From assembly GCA_013265495.1 (NCBI GenBank), contig MU058423.1, positions 3,487,061 to 3,551,060 on the forward strand: a stretch of 64,000 nucleotides of DNA. The letters run 5' to 3'. Position numbers and translations under genes: made by a program. The DNA comes from Vicugna vicugna (lineage: Eukaryota). Within the stretch, counting starts at the first letter, position 1; the number at the start of each line of letters is the position of its first letter. Below, piece by piece: positions 26,900 to 39,172 of the stretch. The notes under the pieces were generated by a model. That model made no database searches, was not told the origin of the DNA, and saw nothing but the letters and a program-made list of their open reading frames with translations.

Positions 26900-27500
26900 T
26901 AAAAAGAAGGTCTGTCTGTAGAGACAGACCTGCGCAGAGGTCTTTCTGGGAGCCTTCGCGGAAAAGGCGTGAGTCGCCCCCTCTAGGCCCCTCCTGGATG
27001 TGGCTGCTAACCTCGGGGTCTGATCGGCTGACCTGGGAGCGAGGCGGGAATTCCGTGGCTTCCAGCCGCGGGCCTGGCCCCCAGCGCCACCGCCACGTCC
27101 CCCCGCGCGCGGCTCCCGGGCGCGCCCGCCGCGGGCCTCTCTGCCCAGAAGCCGTTGTTGCTTCGCGCCGTCCCTTCCCGCTGTCCCTTCCTGCGCTTCA
27201 CCTGGCGGAGGGGCTTTGGCTTTGGGAGTGCAAGGGCGGCTGCTACTTTAGGTCTCTTCCAACCCAACGCGTGGTGGGCAGCGATCCCCCTCCCTCTCCC
27301 ACCTCCGGGAGACTCACGGGGCTCTCAGCGTGGATCCCTCGGATCCCTTCTGCGGCCAGAGGCATCCCGGATGGACAGCCTCTATGAAGAAATCTTTTGG
27401 TTCCTGGACCAGAATGAAGATGGAACCCTGGACATCCTTGAGCTGCAGGAAGGCCTGCAGTTGGTCGGGATCATAGAGGACGAAGGGGAGGTGGGCCTCA
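26900..27500. promoter_or_regulatory. Second CpG-rich region, candidate promoter of the alternative first exon
   Basis: Dense CpG cluster at about 27040-27340, directly upstream of the ATG at 27371. Confidence 0.75.
27371..27490 (+). CDS. SLC25A24: SLC25A24 alternative first coding exon (shorter isoform, predicted 456 aa)
   Basis: ATG at 27371; [40 protein letters not shown]; donor gag|gtgggc at 27491, phase 0, compatible with exon 2. Resembles the MDSLY... N-terminus of the human alternative isoform. Confidence 0.88.
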
Positions 27501-28728
27501 GTAGGGCTGTGGTCAGACAGATGTTGGGGCTGGGAGTTCTGGAGGAGCTTTGGGCAGGTAGGAGTAATGCCAAATTTACACGTTTTCAAGCTTGACCTGG
27601 ACCCAAATAGAGTATTCAGGTCAGTCACCACCGTTATTCTGTTAAGAGCAACAACACAGCTAATACCTCTCTCAGACATTTTTCTCAGTTTTCTCCCTGG
27701 ATCTAACGAAACTTCCAAATTCAAATTGCTGTCAAGATGTTCAGAGTCCCTTTGTTCAGTGTCCTCACCTGTTGTTAGTAGCCTAGATGGGCATGTAGGC
27801 CAAAGATGCTCCCTTCCCACTTTGGGGAACTGGAACAATCATTATATGTGTGTTTTGGAAGTTGTGTGGTAGATGGAGATTCTCAAATATTGTATTTTGA
27901 TTTCAGTCCCTGGAAGGACGGCAGTCAGTCTCAGTGGCTTGTACTCTTGGGGTTTCACCAGTGCTGACGCTTCCTCGTGACGTGCCTTAATCATCAGACC
28001 TTCGAAGAACGAGCTTGTTGGACATTGTTTCCTTTGCAAATCCTTGTCCCCAGCATCCTAGATTACAGGCTCCTTCTTGGTATGCAGTGCCTCATGCGTA
28101 TTTCTCTCCCTGTATTTCCAAGTCATTATCTGTTTGGAAATTATTATTGAGTTACAATTATTACTTTCCAATTACATTTTGCTCTTTGGTTGTTTAACTC
28201 GGCGGACTGGGAGATCCAAGAGAGTTGAGAACAGACAAATTCATTTCAGATAATTGGCACTTCATGCTCAGAAAACTGTCAGATGAGTTCTGTCATGTTG
28301 AAATTTAGTAAAACTTCCTGTTAGCTGTGTGAACTTTGGGAGTCTTTATTTTAATTGTCCACTGAGTCATTGATCAGTTGTATTTTGGGCGTATTCTGTG
28401 TGCTAAGTAAGCACTGTGTCCTGGTTTCCTCATTTGTAACATCATTGCCATTGTCTGGACTAGGCCAGTCCAAAATATTATCTCTGTAACGTTCACTTGG
28501 TTTTTAAACTGTTTTTCCTATTAAAGCTAAATGTCCTTCATGCTTTTTTAAAGTCACTCTTGTAGTTAGATTTTCAAGTGTGACTTGTGTTTGTTTATTT
28601 AATACAAACTAACCTCTCATAAGAAATTCTGGACTACGCCATAAACAAGTTCAATCCTTTGAAACACATTTCTTCTTTATCGAAATAAAATTTTTGCAAA
28701 TCTGTCTTTTATTTTCAGTAAGACATGG

Positions 28729-28998
28729 TGTGAGCCATGCAAAGGCTTTTTATGACTGATGAGGACTCACATATCAAAACCAGGGAAGAGGCATCTCAGG
28801 CTTTACACCAACCACATAGAACCTCGTATTTCAGGGAACACTGAACACCCGAAAACTCCTTTTTTCTACTATAAAGATTTCCCACTCTTCTGCAGCCTTT
28901 GAGCCAAAACACAAGTGACAGGGGCTGACTCCCTTCCTCTGTTAAGCTCAGGGTAAGTAGCCTTTGCTTTTCTCCTTTGATTGGTCTTTCCTTCCACA
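28729..28998 (+). mobile_element. Solo LTR fragment, MER34/MER39-like (ERV1)
   Basis: TG...CA ends; caagtgacaggggctgactccctt...tagcctttgcttttctc...ttccaca. Confidence 0.5.
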
Positions 28999-29197
28999 GA
29001 GGAATTCACAAGAAAATACAAAAAGGAAACCCTAGTTTTTCATATTATTGTAAGTCAGAGTCATTAGACAATTATAACTCTAGAAGTAAGAAAGTCTAAT
29101 GAAATATGGGTTTAAAAAATCAAAATCAAACTGTTCAAAGATAGGGTTAGAGATGTCCTTTAACGTGTAATTTCTAAAACGATAGTTGTTTACTGAT

Positions 29198-30246
29198 TTT
29201 TTTTTATACTATTGCACTTTTTTTATTTGCAACATGAAAATATATAGGTTAAGTGTTGGGTTTGATACATTATTGTGAACATGCCCTTGATGCTCCAGCT
29301 AAACATTTTAACTTGGCTTGTCTATACTGAAAAGACATGCAGGTCCAGTCTAGAGAAAACAAAGTATCACAGAGACCAGCCCGTTGCTTATCAAGTTGTA
29401 TGTAAGCTTAACTGTTATTTGTAGAATGGTTAAGGGTTTCCCCTCCACCCACCTGCTTTCCTTTTTATTTTTTCTGTGTGTGTGTGTGTATATGTATATA
29501 TATATACACACACAAACATACACACACACATATTTATTTATTTATTTATTTGTTGAAGTATAGTCAGTTTACAATGTGTCAATTTCTGGTGTACAGCATA
29601 ATGTTTCAGTCGTACATGAACATACATATATTCATTTTCATATTCTTTTTCACCGTAAGTTACTATAAGATATTGAATATAGTTCCCAATGCTGTACAAT
29701 ATGAACTTGTTGTTTATCTATTTTATATATATTAGTTAGTATCTACAAATCCTGAACTCCCAATTTATCCCTTCCCACCCCTTTCCCCTACTAGTAACCA
29801 TAAGTTTGTTTTCTATGTCTATGAGTTTGTTTCTGTTTTGTAAATAAGTTCATTTGTCTTTTTTTTTTAGATTCCACATATAAGTAATATCATATGGTAT
29901 TTTTCTTTCTCTTTCTGGCTTATTTCACTTAGAATGACAATCTCCATGTCCATCCATGTTGCTATAAATGGCATTATTTTATTCTTTTTTATGGCATTTT
30001 ATAAATATACCACAACTTCTTTATCTAGTCATCTGTTGATAGACATTTAAGTTGTACCCATGTCCTGACTATTGTAAATGGTGCTGCTGCTATGGACTTT
30101 GGGGTGCATGTATCTTTTTGAATTAAGGTTCCCTCTGGATATATGCCCAGGAGTGGGATTGCTGGATCATATGGTAAGTCTATTTTTAGTCTTTTGAGGA
30201 ATCTCCATACTGTTTTCCATAATAGCTGCACCAAACTACATTCCCA
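29198..30246 (-). mobile_element. Truncated L1 (29553-30246) with about 350 nt of extra 3' sequence inside one TSD pair
   Basis: ORF2 C-terminal peptide [29 protein letters not shown]; direct repeat tgtttactgat at 29187-29197 and 30247-30257. Confidence 0.8.
29476..29551. repeat. Compound microsatellite (TG)n(TA)n(CA)n(TATT)n
   Basis: Directly visible. Confidence 0.9.
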
Positions 30247-30589
30247 TGTTTACTGATATTTTCATTGACCAAAATACAAACTTCTTAGATGAAACTCCAA
30301 TACATAAGTGGGGCCCCAGAATTCTGTGACATTTTCCCTTGCATTATGCAAACTCAGTGTATGTGTTATCAGGAAATAATTTTCAAGTGAAAATCATCTT
30401 CAATCTAATTTGCAAATGCAATTAAATAGCAATAATTATTTTTCAGCAACAGTGCGAATGTATTTGCTTTTAAAACTGTAAGTAAGAATCAATAGCATTT
30501 GAATCAAGGCTTTTTAGGCTGCAGATACGAGAAGCCTACTCACACTAGTTTAAACAGAAAAGGCTGGAATTCTTTGTAGATACAGTACC

Positions 30590-30787
30590 CTTTATCAGTT
30601 TGAGGAAGCACCACTCCTAGTTTGCTCAGAGTTTTGCATCATAAATGATGTTAAATTCATCAAATGCTTTTCTGCATTTATTTAAGTGATCATGTGACTC
30701 TTCTGTTTTATTCTGTTAGTGTGGTAAGTTACAAGATTAAAAAAAATACGTTCACCTATCCTGGCATTACTGGAATGTATTTATCTT

Positions 30788-30824
<37 letters not shown>

Positions 30825-31560
30825 GTATTATGTACATACATATATATAAAATAAGATTATATATGTATATTAGTATTATCCATTTTGTGTTGTATTCATA
30901 CCCATTATATACACAGTATTTTCCATTTTATGTATTGTATTCATATATAATATATATTTAATGTATATATATATGTATATATATAGTATTATCCATTTTA
31001 CATATTGTTAGACTTGATTTGCTAGCAATTTATTTCAGATTTTTACATCTATTTCACTAATTATAATTTTCTCTCATGGGAATGTTTTTAAATTACACTT
31101 TAAATTTCTTTGTCACTTATAGGACTATTCATTTTCTGTGACAAGTCAGTTTTTGATAAGCTCTCTTTTTCTAGGCAGTTATATGTTTTAGCTCAATTTT
31201 CGTACTTTTTGATACGAAGTTTTTCACGATATCTATAATATCTGTAGCATACAGTGATTTTCATTGTTGCTTTCTGATGGTTGTTTGCCTATTTCGGGGG
31301 TTTATCAGTTTTATTGATATTTTCAAAAAGCCACCTTTTGATATGGTTGATCCTCTCAATGGTGTATTTGTTTTCTTTTTTATTACTTTTTGTTCTTTAT
31401 TTCTGTCCTTCAACTTTTTTTTTGTTTAACTTTTTCTAGTTACTTGAGATTGAGGTTAGCCTCAGTGACTCCTCATTGCTTCCTAGCTTTTCTTCTTTTC
31501 TAATTTTACATTTAAAACCATACCTTTTTCTCTAAACTTTTGTTGCATCTCATGAATTTT
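30590..31560 (-). mobile_element. Old degenerate L1 ORF2 fragment with an embedded (TG)n/(TA)n expansion at about 30788-30985
   Basis: tcaaatgcttttctgcatt...ttattctgttagtgtggt...gatttgctagcaattt L1 antisense motifs. Confidence 0.65.
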
Positions 31561-32037
31561 GGGACTTTTTCTCTCTTAGTCCAGAGCTTGGGGATCTGGC
31601 CATTATGCTATTCCACGCAGTGAGGTTATTTCCCAGAAAAGTGTAACCATCAAACCAATAGAATTTGTAAGCTTTGTGTGGATGATTGCGAGCATTTTAA
31701 GAGGCAGAAAGTTTATGTTTTAGGTGGCAGTGAGAGAGTGCTCAAATACCGTAAGTTTTTTATTTCTTTCTCAAAAGGAATGATTTTTCTTAATAGTTTG
31801 ATATGAGAGGTTTTTTTGGTAAGGATTATCTTTAGGAAAAGATTATTTAACTTTGAAAATGAAAGGGGAAGATACTATTTTACACCTTTAAATTTAGGTC
31901 AAGAGTTTGTCTTCTATCTTGGGATTTCTAAAATAATGCCTTCCTAGGAAAACAGGCAATCTGCTTGAATAGTACGTATAAATAATTTAGTATTTTTAAC
32001 CCATATAAAATATCTCTAATTTTTTTCTTTTTTCTAG

Positions 32038-32232
<195 letters not shown>

Positions 32233-32925
32233 TGATGTGTATTTCATCTGCCATTTTTAAAATGATAATTATTACTTATGCTAGTACATGTCTTTTTCAG
32301 TAATGTGATTTTTATGTAGAATGTTTTTAATGAAAAGTTATATGTAGCTTGTCCAGTGAATTATAAACTGAGTAAGGCCTTTTGTAAAAATACCAACTAT
32401 GGAACCTCATGCTGATTTGACTTAAAGCTATTGGGTTAAAAATAATAATTATGTTTTCTTGCTCTCTGGGCAAAAGAGATTTATTTTTGTTCATATGAGG
32501 CATAAGTACTACGTATTCTAACATTTAAATAACTTTCAGATTATCTTACATTTGATAGTCTTTTTGAAAGAATTATACTTGATCAGAGACGATACTCTCT
32601 CTGATGCTGAAAGTTGGGGAAAAAAAGATAGACATTTAAATATATACCTTCAGATTGGGATTATGGTTTTTCTACTTAGATTAACAGCTTGGAGTTCGAG
32701 CCCAGTTGTGTAGAGCAAAAAGCAAGGGCCATAGTAGGGGAGCAGTCATCAGACCTTTATCACCAGAGGCAACCTTTGATTTGAAGAAGGAATTTATTTT
32801 TAAAATGTGTCATGCAGCCTCAGACCCTTCCCTCCTCATGAGTGGTCAAGGTCATGTCATTCACAGATTTTGTTATTCAAGAAACAGGTTAAATAAATAA
32901 AATTGAGAGAAATTATGCTTCATAC

Positions 32926-33150
32926 CAGGGTGGGCAAACTCTTTTTTGGTAAAAGGCCAGTTAGTACATGTTTTAGATTTGTGGGCCCTGCGGTCTCAGT
33001 TACTGCTACTCAGCTCTACTGTGATAGTACAGAAACAGCCATAGGTAACATGTAAATGAATGGGCACGGCTGTGTTCCAATAAAACTTTGTTTACAAAAG
33101 CAGGCAACTGGCCTTGTTTGTACGAGGGTTATATAGTTTGCTGGCCCCTG
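32926..33150. mobile_element. MER58A-like hAT-Charlie element
   Basis: Terminal cagggtgggcaaac / gtttgctggcccctg; internal ggctgtgttccaataaaacttt. Confidence 0.8.
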
Positions 33151-33733
33151 GTTTACACTGAACATTAACTTCAGTTAGATTCAAGGCAGGTTCCTTCAAA
33201 CAAGCAACTAAATAAGCCCTTTGGCTGGTTTTGATGATCGTTCAAGACTATGAGTCTCAGCCAGAAAGAGCTGAGCTTGTGGTGGAAAGGAGTGCTGTTG
33301 GGACCCTTGTTATTGCCCATAAACCTTACATTATATGCCCTAAGTCTGCCTTAGTCCAGTCTTCTAGCAAAATTCAGTTCTTACAGTCAACTTTATTTCA
33401 TCCTGAAAACCTTCACTGTACCACCCACGCCAGCCCTCTACACCTCTGCTGCAGAGATGGGACTGTGAGTATAGTGTTGGGGCAGGCAGCAGCTGGGAGA
33501 TGGAGCAACCTCATCTGAGGTTGATCTCCCGTGTATGTAAGGTGTACACGTAGCAGTTGTCCATTTCAGAAAATTCTACTTGAACCAGAAGGAATAATTC
33601 AAGATGAAACTTTGTAACCTACTTGTAGTAAATGCAAGCAGTTTCCCCTTAATGTATCTTGTTTGTATTTTTAAAAACATTTTCTCATTATAGGTTCATA
33701 TTTTTATTAGACTGCCTCAAAGCAAAGCATATA

Positions 33734-34395
33734 CAGTCGATCCTCATTATTCGTGAATTCTGCATTTGAGAATTTGTCTACTTGCTAAAATTTAACTCCA
33801 GAATAACCACCAGAATAACCCCAAAATCAACACAGTGCTTTGCAGTCATTCTTGGACATGTGCAGAGCAGTGACGAATTCATTTGCCTGCTGAGCACATT
33901 TCTAGCTGAGATAGAACAAGGTGGAGCTCTGCTTTCTTGTTTCAGCTCTCGCACTTGTGCGAGTCCTTGTGCAGTCTACCTGGGGCCATGGGTTTTGCAT
34001 TTTCGTGCTTTATGTTGATGATTTCACTCTGTAAAATGGCTCCCAAGAACAGTGCTGAGATGCTGTCTGGCATTCCTAAATGCAGGAAGGCTGTGATGTG
34101 CCTCAGGAAGCTAAATACACGTGGCAGATAGGGTTCTTTCAGGCGTGATTTAAAGCGCTGTTGACCTTGAGTTCAATGTTAGTGAGTCAATAACATATAT
34201 TAAACAGGGTGACTTTAGACAGAAACACACAGAAAACAAGGTTTTTTATTGATTGGTTGATGAGAACGTTGTGACCAGAGGCTCACAGGAACCTAACCCT
34301 GTATTTCCCTTAGGAACAAAGGTTCAGTTTTTGTTATTTCAGTGTTCACAGTGGCTTCATAGAAAGTAAGTGCTGTGAGTGATGAGGATTAACTG
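33734..34395. mobile_element. MER82-like TcMar-Tigger element, near full length
   Basis: Inverted termini cagtcgatcctcat / atgaggattaactg, each flanked by TA. Confidence 0.8.
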
Positions 34396-35331
34396 TATTC
34401 TTGGAGACTGCAGTTATAAAGGGGAATATTCATCGCTAACAGGGTGATGCCTCTAACTGTCCAGATTCTCATGCTGCTCTTTTCCTCTCCCTCGGAATAT
34501 TCTCTCCAAATCCTGTTGCTCCCTCAAAGTCCTTCCCTTAAGTGGAGTCCTTCCTTTCAGCACTAACAGTGATTTTTGTCCTCCTCTTTTCTGGGAGAAC
34601 TTTGCCATGAATATCGGTTTGGCATCAGACCCTCTCTTACTTGGTTTTGTTTCATCCTGTTCCATACATACTAGTCATAGGAGCCTCGTAAATCTGTGAG
34701 CTGCTTGAGGGAGAAGCAGTATAACATTCATTGCTTGTATTTTCTCTTTCTTCTCTTCTGATTCTTCTTTCTAGAAACATGCTCTCATTGCTCTAATACT
34801 AATCATTTTCTCTCTTCCTTCAATCTGCTATCCCAGATTTCTCAAAACAATGTTCCACACTCTTTGGCTTCATTTAGTCATTTTCTCCTTCCTTTTAACG
34901 CAGTGCAGTACATCTTTGTGCATAATAAGTGCCTAGGCATTTATTAAAATGTAGGAATGTATACTTTAAAATGAATAGATCCTAGCTTAATTGCATTTAC
35001 CTCAGAGCCAGAGTATCTTGATTTGAATCTCAGTTCTGCTGCGTCTTGGTGTTTTTTCCCCTTGGTAAGGCCGTGTAAGCTCTTAGTCGCTTCTTTAAGA
35101 CGGAACACCGTTGTTTACCTGCAAGGCTGTTAGGACTTGAATGAAATGATGTGTGTATGCTCATTTACTGTACTTGTGAAATTGTGAGTTGGTGTTGCAG
35201 TATGTATTTAAGCAAATCTATAACCCACCTAAGTTCATAATTTTACCTTAATCAGTTCAAGACTCTCCCTTATAAAGTGAGAGGTTTGAAATTCATGATT
35301 TCCAAGGTCCTTATCATTTCTGAGTTTATAA

Positions 35332-35436
<105 letters not shown>

Positions 35437-35478
35437 TAAGCTCTTCATCTCTTGGCCAGTAGATTTTTCAATTTTAAT

Positions 35479-35559
35479 TTCAGTACCCACATTAGAGATC
35501 TGTGTTTGTAAGTGTGTAATGTTCAGTACCCACATTAGAGATCTGTGTTTGTAAGTGTG
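35479..35559. repeat. Perfect 38-bp direct repeat, period 43
   Basis: ttcagtacccacattagagatctgtgtttgtaagtgtg at 35479-35516 and 35522-35559. Confidence 0.95.
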
Positions 35560-35917
35560 CACCTTAGCATTCCTCACTATGTACGTTCATTTATCTTTCT
35601 CCCTCTTCTCTCCCTTTTCATTTGTGTGTACACATACATCTGAAGTGTAGGAGTGGGAAACGTAAGCTCAGACAGAACTCTTTCAAGGCTTCTAGGGCTG
35701 GTGGAATGGCAGAAAGGTATTAAATTTCTGGAGAAAGAGTCTAAATGCTTTAGTGCTGTCTCTTTTTCCATTTGGTTTCTAATGTGATCGTAGAACCCAT
35801 TGTTTCGAGACAAGGAGTCTGGCAGATTCATCACATTATTTAACCTGGATAAGAGGGAAATTCCAGTGCTCCCCTAGTTGACTGACAAAGAAACAGTGAT
35901 TAAAAAAATTTTTTTTT

Positions 35918-36592
35918 CAATTAAAAAGTGGCAGAAAACCTGAATAGACATTTTTCCAAAGAAGACGTACAGGTGGCCAGCAGGCATATGAAAAGATGCT
36001 TAACATCACTAATCATCAGAGAAATGCAAATCAAAACCACAATGAGATACCACTTCACACCTGTCAGAACTACTGTCATCAAAAAGACAACAAATAGCAA
36101 ATGTTGGTGAAGATGTGGAGAAAAGGGAACCCTTGCACATTGTTAGTGGAAATGTAGGTGCAGCCACTGTGGAAACAGTATGTAGGTTCCTCAAAAAACT
36201 AAAAATAGGACTACCATATGATCCAGCAATTTCACTCCTGGGTATATATATCCGAAAAAAACAGAAACAGTAATTCAAAAAGATACATGCATCCCAAAGT
36301 TCATAGCAGAACTATTTACAATAGTCAGATATGGAAACAACCTAAGTGGGAAGGGTATTCAGAGGTACAAACTATTATGTATAAAATAAATAAGCCACAA
36401 GGATATATTGTGCGGCCCAGGAAATAAAGCCAATATTTTTTAATAATTATAAATAAAATTTATAAAATATTGGCTTATAATAATTGGCTTTATAAATAAT
36501 TATATAACTGAAAATTTTGAATCACTATGTTGTACACTTACAAGTAATGTAATATTGTAAATCAACTATACCTCAGTTAAAAAAAAAGAAAA
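35918..36592 (+). mobile_element. L1 ORF2 end and 3' UTR, internally deleted, with A tail
   Basis: [46 protein letters not shown]; ends aatcaactatacctcagttaaaaaaaaa. Confidence 0.88.
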
Positions 36593-37347
36593 AGGAAATA
36601 CACGCACGCACGCACACACCTATTTAAACTTTCAGAAAATAGAGGTGCCATTTTGAACGTTATTGCCCAGGGCAGTCAGTTGAACTATTTTGTAAGTCAG
36701 ACTGCTACAGACTTAATGTTTTATTTCACAGGATAGAGTGATAATCTCTGAAGTCTAAGTGCCCTTGAAGACTCTTTTGCTACAAATACACCACAGGGAC
36801 CAGTTTTTTAAAATCTGATAACTGAAGATAGAAAAGGATGGTTGTATTATATTCATCTTCTTGTGAATGTTTTCAGTCTTCCACATTATCTAAAAAGTTT
36901 CTTCCAAATGGCTTTATTGTCAAATGTATCCCCTTTTACATCTGCACCAGTAGCATTTTCCCCCTTTCTGTATGTTCAGAATTTCTTTTGTAAGCAGCTG
37001 CTTAATAGGAAGGCCCCAGGTGTCAGAACTGTGTGTGGCGTTACTGTTGTTAACATTGGCTGAGAAAGGCTTTCCTGAGGAAATGTTAAGTTAAAACACG
37101 AGAAGGAGATAAATAGCATTTTGACAGTGGAATATGGGGTAGCTAATAGTCTGCTTCTAAAGCCCACTTTTTTTTTTCCCCATGAAAGTGGGAGTTTTTC
37201 TCTGGTTCATAGGCCAGAAATCATATTCCTGTATTCCTTTTGATAGCTTTAGGAATAATGCATATTCCAAGCCCAAGCTCCAGAATAAACCACAGGAAAT
37301 GCAGAGGGGTGGATATTTAAAAGTAGCTGTATACTTGTGTATGTAAA

Positions 37348-38125
37348 TCTTTTATGGCAGCTTTATTGATACATAATTCACGTACAGTAAAATTCACTCT
37401 TTTAAAGCATACAAGTCAGAGATTTTCAGTATATTCAGAGAATTGTACAACCATCACGGTTTTCTAATTTTGGAACATTTCCATCACCCCAAAAAGTAAC
37501 CCTGTACCCATTAGCAGTCATTCCTTACTCCTCCCCTGCAACCCCCCAGCAACCACCAATCTACTTTCTGTCTCCATGGATTTGTCTGTTCTGGACATTC
37601 ATAAAAAATGATATCATACAATATGTGGCCTTTGTGTCTGGCTTTTTTCACTTAGTGTGATATTTGTCAAGGTTCATCCGTGTTGCAGCATGTCTCACTA
37701 CCTCATTCCTTTTTTTAGACCAAGAGATAGTCTGTTGGAGGTATGTATGATATTTTGTTTGTCCATTCATCGATAGATGTATGTTTGGGTTATTTCCACT
37801 TTTTGGCTGCTATGAATATTACTGTTGTGAATATTCACGCACAAGTTTTTATGTGAACACATGTTTTCAGTTCTCTTGGGTATACACTTCTCTTGGGTAA
37901 ATACCTAGTGTGGAATTGCTGGTCATATGGTAAATTGGAACTGCAGACTGTTTTCCAAAGTGGTTGCACCATTTTACGATCCCGACAGCAATGGATGGAG
38001 GGCTTAATTTTCTCCATCTCCTCCCCGATGTGATTTTCTGTCTTTTGATTTTAACCATCTTACTAGGAGTGAAGGGGTATCTCATCGTAGTTTCGATTTG
38101 TATTTCCCCAATGGCTAATGAAGTG
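37348..38125 (-). mobile_element. Old L1M 3' end
   Basis: cagctttattgatacataattcac...; minus-strand SLAIGEIQIETTMRYPFTP. Confidence 0.82.
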
Positions 38126-38206
38126 TATATTCTGTTGCATTTTGGGGTTATTATTATTATTACTAGCATTTATACTTTTTTCAGTGGAAATACTAGAATA
38201 TGTTTG

Positions 38207-39172
38207 TGTTGGAAAAACCTGAGTTTTCCCTTTTAGGTGTTTCCTTTACTACTCACACAAAACACTTCATTTCTGAAATTTCTGATCACCAAATATGTAG
38301 GGTTTTTTTTCCTCCAACAACAGGCAATTCTCTGCAACGCCAGCTGGGGGTCCTGCAATTTAACTCAGTTCTTACATTGTCTGCCTAGAGGTGGTGTCAT
38401 ATCCCGTAGGTCAAGGGCTCAGTTTCACAAGACTGCTCCCCACTTTACATGCCAGTTGTAAATAGTTAAATCCCCAGCTAACCCACATCTTCTGTTCGAC
38501 TTGGCTACAAATCAAAGGCTCCCATGACTTCCTCCTGCTTGGATTTGATTATTTGCTACAGTGGCTCACAGAACTCAAGGAAACATTTACTTGTGTTTAC
38601 CAGTTTATTAAAGGATGTGATAAGGGATACAGATGGGAACAATCAGATGGAAAGATATGTAAGGGGAGGTGTGGAAGGGTCCCGAGCACAGATGCTTCTG
38701 TCTTTGTGGAGTTGGGTGTCACTCTGCCAGTATGGGGATGTGTCTGCCAACAGGAAACTTCCTAAAACCTGTGCTAATGAGATTTTTATGGAGGCTTCCT
38801 CATGCGGACATGATCAATTATTAACTCCGTTTCCAGCCTGTGTCTCCTCTTTGGAGAAGTAGAGGAGGGCGGGGCTGAAAATTCCAGGCTTCTCATCATG
38901 GCTCGGTCTTTCTGGTGATCAGTCCCCATTCATGAGCCATCCAGAGCCCACCCGAAGTTGCCTCAGGAGAATAAAAGATGCTTCTAGTGCTCTAATCACT
39001 TAGGAATTTAAAAGGGATTTAGGAGCTTTGTGTCAGGGATGGGGTCAAAGATAAAATATTAGAACAAGAGATGCCCTTGTGCTCTTACCACTTCAGAACT
39101 TACAAGGGTTTAGAGGCTCTGTGCCGGGAACACGGAACTGAGACCGAGTTATATATTTTCTGTTATCTCACG
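38207..39172 (-). mobile_element. MER21-like solo LTR
   Basis: gggctcagtttcacaagactgctcccca...ggctcacagaactcaaggaaaca MER21 motifs. A related fragment lies at about 45450-45790. Confidence 0.7.

Noticed and set aside
26854..27387. 177-aa ATG ORF overlapping the alternative start codon out of frame
   Set aside because: GC-rich, with no recognisable domain. It would act as a uORF only if transcription starts upstream of about 27000, which cannot be determined here.
35479..35559. Repeat-spacer-repeat pattern superficially like a CRISPR unit
   Set aside because: Only two copies with a 5-nt gap in a mammalian intron; a simple tandem duplication.
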